Below the pieces are notes generated by a model. It was not told the DNA's origin. It made no database searches and was given only the letters and a program-made list of their open reading frames with translations. A DNA stretch of 64,000 bases from Adineta vaga (taxonomy: Eukaryota; Animalia; Rotifera), in contig CP075493.1 in assembly GCA_021613535.1 (NCBI GenBank), positions 15,376,001-15,440,000 of the forward strand. The letters run 5' to 3'. Shown in pieces: positions 12,409 to 24,777 of the stretch. Within the stretch, counting starts at the first letter, position 1. Every line of letters starts with the position of its first letter. Both the position numbers and the translations under genes were made by a program.

Positions 12409-13275
12409 GAAATTCAATTCGTATGCTAGACTAAATTAAGACCATCAGGAAATAATGTTGATTGCGATTCTGTTCGAATCTGAGATGAATTGATATGTAT
12501 TTTGCCTAATTTTCAAATTCAACCGAAACGTAGTTAGATGCAAGAAATGTTCTTCAATCTTGATTACCCTTCCGTCAACCCTTATAAATGAATATTTCTG
12601 TTTCATTTTATTTTTTGATTAATCGGTGAAGTGTAGACACACAAGTAAACAATTTATGTTTGCAAGACTCTTCTCTATGAGAAAGAAAATATAATGGAAT
12701 AAATTAACTTATTGGTTACGGGAATCGCATACATGCGTGCTACTTACTATGTCTTAGTGTATTTTTAAAAATGCTTAAATATAACAAGAGAGCTTATGTA
12801 AAAATTTTCTGTGAAAAGTGTGACGATATCGTTCCATCCATTTTTCTTGGTTCTTCTCATACATTTGTTTCCTTCATTCTCTTTCTTTTGGTTGCACATA
12901 TATAACTGCGTGTTTCTGTCTGTAAAAGATGCGATTCTTGAGAGGAAGAAATAAATAAAGGCGTAGTTCCACCAAAAATAAACCTTTTGTTGAAAATAAA
13001 ATCCTCGTAATCAAAGGATTAAATATTACAAGTTTAATTTTCACTTAAAATTCATTTGTAATTAAATCATTTTCTTTTGTTTCTCTCTCTCTCACACATT
13101 TTATGACTCATGTCACTTTTTAACGGATTTTTTTATTCAAAAAAAATTTACCCAGTAAGTTTTTTTCCCCAAACAAATAAAAAATTCTTCCATTCTGTGT
13201 ACGTCTGCAGAATATGTATTAATGAAATTTTGTTTCATTTAAAAGAAAATATATTTTATTGAATTTGACCGTAAA

Positions 13276-14049
13276 ATGCTCTTCTTATTTTCATCTTTAT
13301 TACTATTAATCTGTGTTCAATCGATTCTTTGTTGTTCGTGTCCATTATTACCAATCGATGTTGACTTTGCGCAGTCACCAATTATTTTTATTGGACGTGT
13401 TATTGCTACAAATACACAAAATTCACATGCAATGATGACCTATACTAAAATCACTATGGAAGTAGAAGAATCATTTAAAGTTAGTTAAAATTATATGATA
13501 TTTTCGTATTAAACATCATTTAATACAATTTAGGGCGTCGAAAATGGTTCACAAATTGTCGTACATACAGAATCACTATTGCAAGGATCGTCGTGCTATG
13601 TTGGAACGATTTCAAAGGGTGAACGATGGCAGATATGGAGTCCCTTCTTACAATTTTGTTCGAGAAGTACACGCGATGTTAACAAAGATCTTGATATTCT
13701 TCGAAATTTAGCTCAACAATTAAATACAAAGCAAAATATTCCCAAAGATTTTGATGATAAAAATATCCCCAAAGAGAACAATTTCGAATATAAATGGAAC
13801 GATGATAACTACAATGATATGCTTGAGAATATTGATGATAAAACTATCGATATAGACAATGCTAACGAAGTTAATCCTGAAAAGCACAACGACAACAAAG
13901 TTCATATTAGCGTCTACACTGAAGATGATATTAAATATATGTCTGACAATGTTTACACGGAAACGGGAACAACTCTAAAAATTGATATTTCTTTAAAATT
14001 ATTTTATATTATTTTCCTATGTGTATATTTATTATTTATTTCATTTTAA
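13276..14049 (+). CDS. TIMP-like (NTR-fold) secreted protein with acidic stalk and C-terminal hydrophobic anchor, join(13276-13479,13534-14049)
   Basis: Signal peptide followed by CSC, IFIGRV, VEESFKG and SSC. In-frame GT-AG intron 13480-13533. Hydrophobic C-terminus. Confidence 0.75.
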
Positions 14050-14160
14050 TTTTACCAATTACAAAAATAAATATCAATGAAATAGAATGTGTTTTTATTA
14101 CTTGATATATTCATGTCAAAGTCAAAGGTCATAAATTAGATATTTCAATAATTATTATAA

Positions 14161-14213
14161 GGGTTTAGCGAAGGGTAATCGGATTCGATGATTACGAATT
14201 ACTCACTCCCTTC
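14161..14213. repeat. Degenerate palindromic junction element
   Basis: GAAGGGTAAT...ATTACTCACTCCCTTC between two convergent genes. Confidence 0.4.
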
Positions 14214-14377
14214 TTTAAACTCACCTGCATTTCTGTGAATGTGTCCTTAAACTTTTAATTTCATATTGCAATAATGAATCTTCACAAGAAAACACGTAAA
14301 AAACAAATGAATTTCATCAAAAATTATAATCAGAAAAAATCGAAAAGAAACTAGAAAAATTAGAAAATCTAAAGAAA

Positions 14378-15273
14378 CTAGCACATACTCTTATCAATAG
14401 CAAACTTTTGCACACGATGATTCGACGAATCGACCACGTAGAGATTTCCATCGGAATCGAATGCTATATCAGTTGGATTGAAAAGTTGATCTGACTGGAA
14501 ACCTGGATGGTAACCACCAACAATAACATGGCCAAATTTCGCGCCACGTAGCCATCGTATTATCTGGTTATCACTATCCGACAAGTATACGGTGCCCAAC
14601 TCATCAACAACAACACTCGTGGGATTTTCTATTTTAGCCGTGCTATTCTCAAGATATCCGGTAGCAACAATCGAGATTTGTGTTGCTCCATCATCAACTT
14701 TTACCACTCGATGATTATTTGAGTCGGCAATATAAATAGATCGACTTCGATCAACGAACAGCAAACGTGGAAAACTAAGTTCTGAAGTGATTAGTTGCCC
14801 AACAGTCTCACCAACACGCCATTTTCTCACGTCGTATTTAATTTCATTGGATAAATAAAGTGTTCCTTGGTCATCTTGTGCGATACCAAAAATAAAGAGC
14901 TCTTCAACAACTGTTTCTCCACTTTGGGCACCCCGAGGCCATCGCTGAACTCTCCCGTTACCTGTATCAGTAATGTACATTACTCCATCCGTATCAACGA
15001 CAACATCAATTGGTCCGTTCAATTGATTATTATCTTCTCCTTCTCCATTTCCGCCTGCGACTAACTGACCACTTGACGCACCAGGATCCCATTTAACTAC
15101 ACGATTATTTTCTTTGTCCACTACATAGATAACTTGGTTGTTATCAACAAATAGTCCATAGGGATAATTCAACTGATTGAGTGCTGAACCTCGTTTATTG
15201 CCACCAGCTACAGTTTCACCATTTCGTGTCCATGTTGCATTTGCACAAATACCATCACCAGGTTTTGGGGAAT
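14378..15273 (-). CDS. NHL-repeat protein (main exon; 5' exon uncertain)
   Basis: ICANATW..NGETVAGG followed by several NHL repeats (YVVDSSNHRVQKF). The candidate signal-peptide exon near 15447-15380 contains an in-frame TAG, so the gene may be a pseudogene. Confidence 0.8.
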
Positions 15274-15582
15274 CTTAACAAAGAAAAACATTGATATGTT
15301 CCATAAAACTGAATGTAAATTTATTGATATATCAAAGGTTGAGATCGATGGATTTGATGAATACTACTATATATTTACAGCATGTGCAGTTGAAACTATA
15401 CTGATCGACTATTCTAGAGAAATGACAAAAACAAAAGCGCACATCATTGCAAAATTTCTAGGAAAGAAGTTGAAGATACACTGGGATGATTGGAAAACTT
15501 ATCTGTTTTCGTAGAGAGCAACAAACTTCACATTTCAAGAATTTTCGATAGACAAAAAGGATTATATTCTGATTGAAAACTT

Positions 15583-15643
15583 TTGGTGTATATGGGTAAA
15601 TAATAGACACTTGTATCCACGTCTACATCCACTCATCGTCAAG
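15583..15643. repeat. Degenerate palindromic junction element
   Basis: TTGGTGTATATGGGT...ACATCCACTCATCGTCAAG. Another decayed right arm lies at about 15728-15751. Confidence 0.45.
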
Positions 15644-15935
15644 TTTATATTTATAATTGATTAGTTATATCGTATTAGAAATTAATAAGAACTGTGGCTG
15701 ATTTCTATACAGTTGTTAGCCACTTATACTCACATACCTACCCTCGCCCTGATCTGTTGGTCGATAGTAGTTCCTTACTATTCTGTACCTATTTCTGATA
15801 GTTCTCCTATGTATGGAGTGATATAAAACGAAATAGAAGAATAAATTTCTTTGTATCGATATCGTCAAAATGAAGATAAATTGCGATAGATACGAACAAC
15901 AGTAAACACGAGTATTAGTATTATTTCACTTTTTC

Positions 15936-16289
15936 TTATAGTACAGATTCCAACACGCATGTCAATTTAAATGTAGTATTTAGAAACGTCTGAAGCTTAC
16001 GTGACTCCTGGGTTGTAGTCATAGTTATCGTCGATGTTGTTGTTTGTGGTGTTGTTATCGTAGGAGATGTCATTGTTATCGATGATGACGTTGAGGTAGT
16101 AGTTTCTGTGATAGTTTCTAGCTTTCCTTGTGCAAGAATGACGTATTTTAATACTAAAGAGAGGGTAATGGCACAAATTGTTAAAATAATAAAAGAGATG
16201 CCAATAATCTTAACCCGACGATGATGCCACCATTTGGATGATCGATTTTTTCCAGTGACATCCTCATTGTAAGCCGGGTTTTTGTGCAT
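15936..16289 (-). pseudogene. First exon of a type II membrane protein (TM plus Thr-rich stalk); no downstream exons found
   Basis: One TM helix, poly-Thr linker and a GTAAG donor near 16000. Decayed junction elements follow instead of a recognisable domain exon. Confidence 0.55.
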
Positions 16290-16524
16290 ATTATATTCTA
16301 TTAAAAGTTAAACTAAAAGGAACGTGTTTTTATTTGAAACTATTTTATATGTATTATTCATAGAACTGACAAAAGATAGATAATATTATCTCCATCATAA
16401 AAAAAGATATGACTATATTCTTAACTTTATATAATAAATTTTATATGTGAGCCATGATAGTGCAACATTATATTGCAGTTTTACATTTTGTCAGAGTGGT
16501 ATTACATATTCAGAATTTAGATGC

Positions 16525-16572
16525 AAGGGTGTGGGTGTGAAAGTAGAAGAGATTCACTCACACACCCTCAAG
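16525..16572. repeat. Palindromic junction element
   Basis: AAGGGTGTGGGTGTGA...TCACTCACACACCCTCAAG. Confidence 0.9.
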
Positions 16573-17089
16573 ATTATCGAAGCGAAAGACCCTCACCCCT
16601 CCTATAGGTGATATGCTTTAGGCGTACATGTGAAATCTGTCGTATTCCATCGAACGAAACATAGAGCAGTAGTGAACGTTTGTTGGATATATTCCGCTCA
16701 AAGTTTTTAATGCATAGAAACCCTCTCTTGAGGCCAACTGATGATGTGACTCTACTTACTTATCTTCTGTGTTTATACAAATATTTTGTTCGCTTCGTTA
16801 TATCGAGAATTGGAAAAATTGAACAAATCTAACAGATGTATGTCTTATTTTATTAGACTCAGATGACAACGTTTTCATTTGGCTTGACTGGATAAGAGGC
16901 GCATCGAATGTAGATTCCCTGCTTTTCCGAATATGATTAAACTAATCGTATTTTAGATTCACTTCACATCTTTTGAGATTTCTGGATATGTTTCCTAGTT
17001 GGTTCGTCAACTACGACCATCAATTTTACTACTGTTCCATTAATTAGTAAGATTATTTTAATTTTCCATTATATCAACGTCTTTTCTTG

Positions 17090-17530
17090 AAGAACGTCCT
17101 GGATTAATCACCTTTGATGACATTGCCGGTGCTGTTCATTCCCGACAACCCTTGTTCAATGGATTTTCTGGCTTCCAATAGGTGAATGCTAACTACATGA
17201 ATGTTTCTTACGACGAACAGGTCAATGGCTGGTTCAGCTATTCCGCTGCTCTATCGAGTGGTCAATACGTCGGGCTAAATAAAGATGGTCAAATGCTATC
17301 TATGATTATAAATGCAGCTAGAAATTTTACTCTGAAATCGATGATAGTAGCATCAGCATGGAACAATAATATCACATTAGAAATAACAGGTAAACGAGGT
17401 GGAAGTGTGTTCAAATCAAAGCGATTGACATTGCAATTGTAACCACAATTGATAGAACTCAATTGGCCTGACTTGGAAATTGTTAATTTCTCGTCATATG
17501 GGAGAGAGCCAATTTAGTTGTGAAAGGAAG
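17090..17530 (+). pseudogene. C-terminal extracellular domain fragment (LITFDDI...NFTLKSM.VASAW) with in-frame stops
   Basis: The reading frame continues across TAG 17179-17181 and TAA 17440-17442 (PQLIELNWPDLE). No start region recognised. Confidence 0.55.
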
Positions 17531-17595
17531 AGGAACACAATTAACTGTGTTCTAATGATTCAAAATAGAAGACAGTTGACATCTCAATCTAATAT

Positions 17596-17644
17596 AGATG
17601 TGGGTGGGTCTTCCCTTACTGACCACCCCCCCCCCCACGTCCTC
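17596..17644. repeat. Palindromic junction element (poly-C right arm)
   Basis: GATGTGGGTGGGTC...GACCACCCCCCCCCCCACGTCCTC. Confidence 0.65.
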
Positions 17645-17831
17645 TTTTATACTTCATTGTAGTAAACTAGAATAAAAACTACGTCACATCTATTCATTTA
17701 AATATTTTGAATCAAATAAAAATGTTTACACTTTATTTTTTATAACTTCTCTGTGATGTCGTAAATTTCGAAGATCAAGATGATTTTCATTGAGTAATTG
17801 CTCATATCGCAATAGACGACACCAAGACAAA

Positions 17832-20258
17832 TCAGAATGATCTTGAGGAAGAGTTTTTTTGATAGATTTCCGATGCTTTTTTCTGCGCCGTACGTGCTTT
17901 CGAATCCTCACCCATTTTTTCATATGTTTCAGCGATGCTCGAATACGAAATAGCTAAATGCGGATGATCTTCAGGTAGACTTCTTAAATTGATTTCAAGT
18001 GCTTTTTTGGAATACGTAAGTGCATTCGAATATTCACCCATCTTAAAATAAATTTTACCAGTGTGGTTGTACACAGTAGATAAATCAGGATGTTTTGAGG
18101 GAAGAGTTTTTTGAAAGAGTCTACATGCTTTTTCATAATACGAAAGTGCTTTTGAGTAATCGTTGGTTTTCTCATATATAGAACCGATGTTGAGATATGT
18201 CATACCAAATTGAGGATGATCTAGAGAAAGAGTTTTTTGATAAATTTTAAGTGCTTTTTCATAAGATGTTAGTGCTTCTGAATATTTTTCCATCTGTCCG
18301 TAAACAAGACCAATGTTGTTGTAAGAAATAGCCAAATCCGGATGATCTGGAGGTAGACTATTTAAACGGATTTCATGTGATTTTTCGCAATATGATAATT
18401 GTTTTGAATACTCGCCCTTTATTCCATATATGGAGCCAGTATATGCGTAGCTATTAGCTAATTCAGGATCATTTGAAAGAAGGATTTTTTCGCTTATTTC
18501 AACATCTTTTTCGTAAAACGAAAGTGCTTCGACATACTTTCCTAGTTTCTCATACACCGAGCCCATACTTTTGTAGGAAATAGCCAAATCACGATCATTG
18601 CGAGGGAGACTTTTTTGCCGAACTTCAAGCGCTTTTTCGTAATATGTTAGTGCTTTCGAATAGTCACCTATTTTGCAATAAACGCTACCAATGTTATTGT
18701 ATGTGGAGATTAGATCAGGATCATGCGGAGGACAATAGTTACGACGCATTTCGATTGATTTCTCATAAAATATAATTGCTTCCTCATAGTTTGCTTGATC
18801 GTCTTTAATTGATCCAAGTTGATTATAAATATTTGCTCTGGCAGAGTCATTATATGCTTGATTAAGCAAAACTTCGTATACTTGTTGTGCCTTGCTAGTC
18901 TGACCTAATGTAATCAATAATTGACCTAGTCGATACCATCCTTTCTGATATGGCAATGTGTCTTGTCGTATATGTTCGGTCAAAGCAGAGAGCTGTGGAT
19001 CGTTGTCACTAGTCAGTGCTAATTCAATCTCCCATAGACGGTTGTTGTCGTCGATTTGTTTAATATCACCAATACGACATACAGAATGCATAGAAAAAAG
19101 AATTTCTTCTTCTGTCTGATAATAACTGACATCACTGATATCAGCAAAAGGAATCAATGAAATCAGTGGATTAACAGTTATTTGAAAGAGTACACCGATT
19201 AAATCGGGATCATCCTGATTGCTCTCAGCAAATCGCAAAGAGATTTCTCGATTGAGGCTTGTTGACAAAAAATTATTAAATGAAACCAATCCACCTTTTG
19301 TTTCAATCATTCGATTAAAATCCGTTTGAGTTAAACCTTGGCCGCGATACACAACGAGTGGATGCCGCTGATTATCACCAGCGTATTGTTTATCATAAAG
19401 CTCTTTGATATGTTTATGAAGATCATTTAAGAAGAAGCCCATTTTAATGATGATATCTACTTCCATAACACGTAATGCACGATTGAGAATTGGATAAAGA
19501 AAACATTGGTAAGTATACCACCAGATCGGTGAATAATCATCATATTTTTTTTCGAGTTGCTCGATATTTTTCAGTTGGGCAGCGTTATCACCGAATTTTT
19601 CTCGACAATAACCAGTGAATTCCATGATATGTTGTTGATTAAAATCAATTTCTAATAATATTTCTTTTAAAATTTGAGTATACATAAAAGATTGGTTCAA
19701 TTTGTCTAAATTTTTATCTGTCATATCATCCTTCGTTGGAAGGAAACTCATTGAGATTAAATTTTGATCACATTCTTGCGTAGCTTGTTTGAGTACTTCG
19801 CAAATCGGTGAAATTTTTGTGAATACATCTTTAACTTTTGACCATTGTTTTGGCCATTGTTCATGTTTTGATTTGTTTTTACAAAAGATATAGATGGAAC
19901 TAACTTGGGGCATATCATGAACAATAGGTACTGTAGTTTGGGCAAATTCTTCAGAAAAGATCATAAAGATCTTCACATCCTTCATATCATTACTAAAATC
20001 GACTAATTGATTGACATCAGCAAACGTCTTGACGTTATAAATCACTTGTCGTAATTGTGCTACTATATTACTAGTGGCATCTTCATTAATACTATCATTC
20101 AACCAGAGTAAAATGAAATTTTGAAAAAGTTGAACATTTGTTGATCGTCGTCTAGTATCACCTACGTCATTAGAACAATTGAATAAGTGTCTTTTGTCCA
20201 TAATGTGTTGATTATATAAACCAAATGAATATTCAAGAGAGAATATGAATAGTGGCAT
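17832..20258 (-). CDS. ADP-ribosyltransferase (R-S-E type) plus kinesin-light-chain-like TPR repeats, intronless
   Basis: VYRGQ, FLSTS and EEEILF catalytic motifs, followed by about eight 42-aa TPRs (HPDLAISYNNIGLVY). Confidence 0.9.
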   Translation of the reverse strand: MPLFIFSLEYSFGLYNQHIMDKRHLFNCSNDVGDTRRRSTNVQLFQNFILLWLNDSINEDATSNIVAQLRQVIYNVKTFADVNQLVDFSNDMKDVKIFMIFSEEFAQTTVPIVHDMPQVSSIYIFCKNKSKHEQWPKQWSKVKDVFTKISPICEVLKQATQECDQNLISMSFLPTKDDMTDKNLDKLNQSFMYTQILKEILLEIDFNQQHIMEFTGYCREKFGDNAAQLKNIEQLEKKYDDYSPIWWYTYQCFLYPILNRALRVMEVDIIIKMGFFLNDLHKHIKELYDKQYAGDNQRHPLVVYRGQGLTQTDFNRMIETKGGLVSFNNFLSTSLNREISLRFAESNQDDPDLIGVLFQITVNPLISLIPFADISDVSYYQTEEEILFSMHSVCRIGDIKQIDDNNRLWEIELALTSDNDPQLSALTEHIRQDTLPYQKGWYRLGQLLITLGQTSKAQQVYEVLLNQAYNDSARANIYNQLGSIKDDQANYEEAIIFYEKSIEMRRNYCPPHDPDLISTYNNIGSVYCKIGDYSKALTYYEKALEVRQKSLPRNDRDLAISYKSMGSVYEKLGKYVEALSFYEKDVEISEKILLSNDPELANSYAYTGSIYGIKGEYSKQLSYCEKSHEIRLNSLPPDHPDLAISYNNIGLVYGQMEKYSEALTSYEKALKIYQKTLSLDHPQFGMTYLNIGSIYEKTNDYSKALSYYEKACRLFQKTLPSKHPDLSTVYNHTGKIYFKMGEYSNALTYSKKALEINLRSLPEDHPHLAISYSSIAETYEKMGEDSKARTAQKKASEIYQKNSSSRSF

Positions 20259-20597
20259 CAGTGTAAATAAACAGCATCCATAGTTTATTTTGTTATAGGT
20301 TTAAACAAAAAAAAGTGGAAGGAAAAAGAAATATTTTCAAGTTTGATAAAAATAACTGGTTAAGAGTGACATCTATCCCAAGTCGTTGATTTTTTGTCAA
20401 AACCGGCGGTTACCGGCATTTTCTATAAAAACCGTCGGTTAAAATCGGTTCTTCGTCCTTAGGCTCTTTCTTGTTGATTCTTCCACTATATCGGTATTAT
20501 TCGTCATGAAGATATTGATTCTCATCATAACAATCCGGTTAAAACTTGTTTTAAGAAGTTATACCGAATTTTTCTAAATTCGAGATCATACGGTATC

Positions 20598-20682
20598 AGG
20601 GTGTGGGTGGACGTGGGTGAATCTCTTTTTCTTTCACATCCACCCACACTCACGCCGACACCCTCACCCACACCCACACCCT
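20598..20682. repeat. Palindromic junction element with extended right arm
   Basis: AGGGTGTGGGTGGACGTGGGTGA...TCACATCCACCCACACTCACGCCGACACCCTCACCCACACCCACACCCT. Confidence 0.9.
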
Positions 20683-22006
20683 ATCAGGTACAATTTGAAC
20701 ATCAGTTATGACATAATCTTCAAACATTAATACAGCATAGTTATAGATAATATTAATCCTTCAAGTAAACAACAAAATATACCAATATAAAAGATCGATT
20801 TTTGTTTAATTTAACCAAACCATGATTCAGAAGAATGATTTTTATCATTTAATTGTGAATTATCGTTTTCATTATAATCATTATGTACTCTAGTTGGATT
20901 AACACCAATAACTCGTTCAATAACAAATTCTTGCCCTTTTTTAGCTAAAAAAAGTAGCAAACACTTTTGTAATACACGAAAGTACAAGAGCAACCGTAAT
21001 ACCATAATTTGCTAAATTAGAAGTCGTATAAGTCCATTCCATAGTGATAAATCAATATCTTCGTTTTTCTTTCCTTACATACTATCACCTCTTGTAACTT
21101 CCTTTGTTTTCAGTAGTGATTATAGAATGTGGAAAAGAACAAACAGCATTATGTGATATGACGTTTATACGGGAAAATTATAAAAAAAACAAATAGTAGC
21201 ACTGATGATCTTTCAAATGCATTGAAAATCACGTTTATATTTACATGAAATCAAAAAAATAGACAGAAAGGGATTCAAATTATAATCTCGAAGAAAAGAA
21301 AATTATAAACGAATAAAATAATTATTTCATTGAATTTGTGATTAAAAAGTTTTTCTTCAATATATCATTTTCAAATGCTTTCGAAGGTATTGTTAGAATT
21401 ACTATCGTATTAATGCATAGAAAGTCAACGATGTATTAGATTTTTTTCGATTAAACGTAAGCGTTCGCATATTGATTTACTTGAGTGTATAAAAGCGATA
21501 TAATGTCGAAATATTTATGATTGACGTAGATGCTTTTTCCTCTGTCATGTGAGAGATAGTTATCTATCTATTGATTAAACAGAGTGAAAAATGATACGAT
21601 TCAGATAGGTTATATTTTCGTAGTTTTAAGATTAATGAGTAATCGCCGTCAGGTAATGTTTTTTTTTCTCCATAGAACAGGTAAATATCTATTAAAATAT
21701 AAAGTAATCGGTGTTTTTTAAATCAATTGAAGACAGTTAATATGAAAGGTTCTTATTTACAATTATTCAGTTAGCTTATCAAAATTTATCTTCATCATTA
21801 TTTAAAATTTTGCTTTTAACGATTGCTCATGTCATAGAATAAATCACATTTTGTTTTTTATTCGAAGCCTTTCGCGAAGAATGTTATATTATATGACTTA
21901 CAAAATATTGTGCAATAAAGTATAATCGATAAAGTATGGATATAAATCGTGTTTTTTTCTTCTCCATTTTAGATACAGATTCGATATATTTCGCAATAAA
22001 GAAGTT

Positions 22007-23557
22007 ATGATTGATGATGATATTCAAATATCAGTGGAAGAAACGAATCGAACATCTGATTTTGAACAGTCTGTCGAGACAATGGACGAAAGATTCGAAC
22101 ATCTTCCAGTCTTGTTGCAAAATGGTATTGAAAAAGAAGTTCAACGACGAACATTTTCTAATTGGATATATTCATCTCCTATATTTATTGATCAATTAAT
22201 AGAAGCTGGATTTTACAGCTGCAATCTTAGTGATCGTGTAATCTGTCTCGATTGCAATCTCCAGTGTCAATACTGGACACCTTATATTGACCATCCATTT
22301 GAAATTCATAGAAGAAAGTCACATCATTGCAGATATATTCAATCAGTATTAAAGCGTTCTAGGACGATATCGTTATCATCTGTACCTATGATAAATGCCA
22401 ATTTCAGTTCAACAGTAAATGTTGTCATATCGCAAACAAATTTTGCTAGTAATAGTACTGAGTTTCAATTCGAAGAAATAGTGTTTAAATCATACAATCA
22501 TCCTGAATACGCTGAAGTGCCAAAACGAACAGAATCATTTGCTGGTTGGTCTTATACAAATTCACCAACTATTGATGATCTTGTACGAGCTGGTTTTTTC
22601 TATAATGGCACAGGAGATATGGTTACTTGTTTTTATTGTAATGGGTCAATACTTTACTGGGGATGCAATGATAATCCTGCAATTGAGCATGCACGATTAC
22701 TCCCTCGTTGTGCGTATGCTCGTCAATTATGTGGTGCTAATCTCTACGGAAAAATTCAAGAAGCTGAACGTCATCGACAAGGTTCTTTTTCTCTAGAATG
22801 TAATTAACTTATTTTTTTTTGTCTATTTAGGTTGGCAAGTAGGTAACATATGTCAATACAGAAATGTAGAAAGTAGATCAGATACCACCAATTTAACTAT
22901 CAACCGCCTTTTAAATGTACTTGATAGGAGTCTTTTAAATAAACTCGTTGATACTCGATTAAAGCTATCAATATCTCAAGAATTAATGAATACGAGTTTC
23001 AACGAAGAGATTGTTAGACGAGTATGGGAAGATCAACTACAAATCAAAGGTAAAGGTCAAAAACTGAAATCTTATATAGTTTAAATTTTAATTCTTTTTT
23101 AGAAGAAGATTTTCCCTCGGAGCTTGATCTGATTACTGCTTGTACAATTCGTCAGAGACAAATCGATCGTATTTCTCCTAACAGCCAGAACTTCGTAAAT
23201 CTTCGAGATGTTAAAATAGAACCAATTCAATTGAATCGAAGTATGGGTACAGTTTCTCATTCGTCTCTAATGATGCTCTCATCATCAACATCAACAGTAA
23301 CAACATCAGCAGAAGGAGGAACTGAGCCTAGTAGTATTGAAACAATACTACCAACGACAGTACTTAATGAAGCAGAGGATGTATCAAGAAACACCGAAGT
23401 ACATTTCGATCCATGTTCTGTCTGTCTTACAGAAGAACGACAATTAGTGTGTATTCCATGTGGCCATTTGATTGCATGTGTTCCCTGTGGACATTCATGC
23501 AAAACATGTCCTCTTTGCAGACGAGAAATCGAAGCATTCATACGAATCTATCTTTAG
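22007..23557 (+). CDS. Inhibitor of apoptosis (2 BIR plus RING), join(22007-22781,22831-23049,23103-23557)
   Basis: Two BIR domains (R..TF..W, AGF, C..C, H, C) and a C-terminal RING (CSVC...PCGH...CPLCR). Both introns are GT-AG and keep the frame. Confidence 0.9.
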
Positions 23558-24709
23558 CCTGAAAGGGAATTATCTTCATACAACAAATTATACGTCAAGT
23601 TGTGAAACTATGTGTATGATGGTATATAAATCATGCACTGCTAGCAATTACAGTTGAAACAAGTATGCCATATTTTCGTTTACCGATGAAGGAATACTAT
23701 GTTATACCTTTTTCTGAGAGAAAGGGTTATATACACGTTAAATAGGGTCTTTAAAATGCTTAAAGTGTGTGCGTTTGTCCAAGCCAATCAGATTGAAGCA
23801 TTTCATAACTCAATAAAAACTTAACGATTGTGATCAGAAGATGATTGACCAAAGATAATCGGGATTGATGAACTCGAATCTGATGTTAGCTTTTAGAAAA
23901 AAAATGCTGTACTATTTTTTCAGACAAAGAAACACTTCTACAAAAAAAATTATTTTTGTAAGGGTTGACCGAAGGATTATCGGGGCCATGGAACTCGAAT
24001 TTGAAGTTACTTCTTTTTGATTCACAGCCCATGTTTGCGATTGCGATGAGATTGTGACAAAATAGCGCGCAATTGGGATAAAAAAATCGCACTTGCGCCG
24101 CACTTGCGACGAAATAATCGCATTCTTCCGTAACCTTACTTTGCATTATTCTTGTCATGATTCTGCTGATAATTGATTTATAAACTGCCGAAGTAAGCAG
24201 CAATTACACTACATTCAGTTATGTTTATTAAATATTTAGAAGCAGATAAAAAATTATCCAAAAAAACAATTATTAGTAAACAGAGTAATGTACAAATCCT
24301 GTTGGCTGACACTAAGGACGGAATTTTTAACTATTGTGAATGCGCTCTTACTCAGATATCACCAACAACCACCCACCTATCAATTACCAATTGACGGCAA
24401 CCACTTATCACCCACGGACGACAGTCATGCATCCAGCATCAATCGAAAATACCTATAAATGACTCAACCGTAACATTCACCCGCCCATCATGCATCGGGA
24501 ACAATCACCAGGTACTTATTACTTCACAAACTAGCATCTAAAACCTCATTTGTCAGAAAAAATAGTATTTAAAATCTGATTGGTCAATACATGACAATGA
24601 CTCACCCTACATATGCCTCATCTATAGGTTTGGCATCCCTTACCTTTCAAGATTGATAGTCCGAATATTAAGTTATCTGATAGTTGAAAACAGAGATATC
24701 CATCGCGGC

Positions 24710-24777
24710 TGAGAGTGTGTGAGTGTGGGTGTGGGTATATCTTTCTCACTCACATCTACACCCACATCCGCACCCTC
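24710..24777. repeat. Palindromic junction element
   Basis: TGAGAGTGTGTGAGTGTGGGTGTGGGT...ACACCCACATCCGCACCCTC. Confidence 0.9.

Noticed and set aside
20350-20595. Cluster of AACCG/CGGTT motifs resembling DNA-transposon subterminal repeats
   Set aside because: No matching terminal inverted repeats found; too degenerate to call.
23700-24660. Higher-GC segment with ORF 23886-24203 and inverted CCAATCAGATT motifs
   Set aside because: Probably a transposon relic, but no termini, TSD or protein motif could be established.
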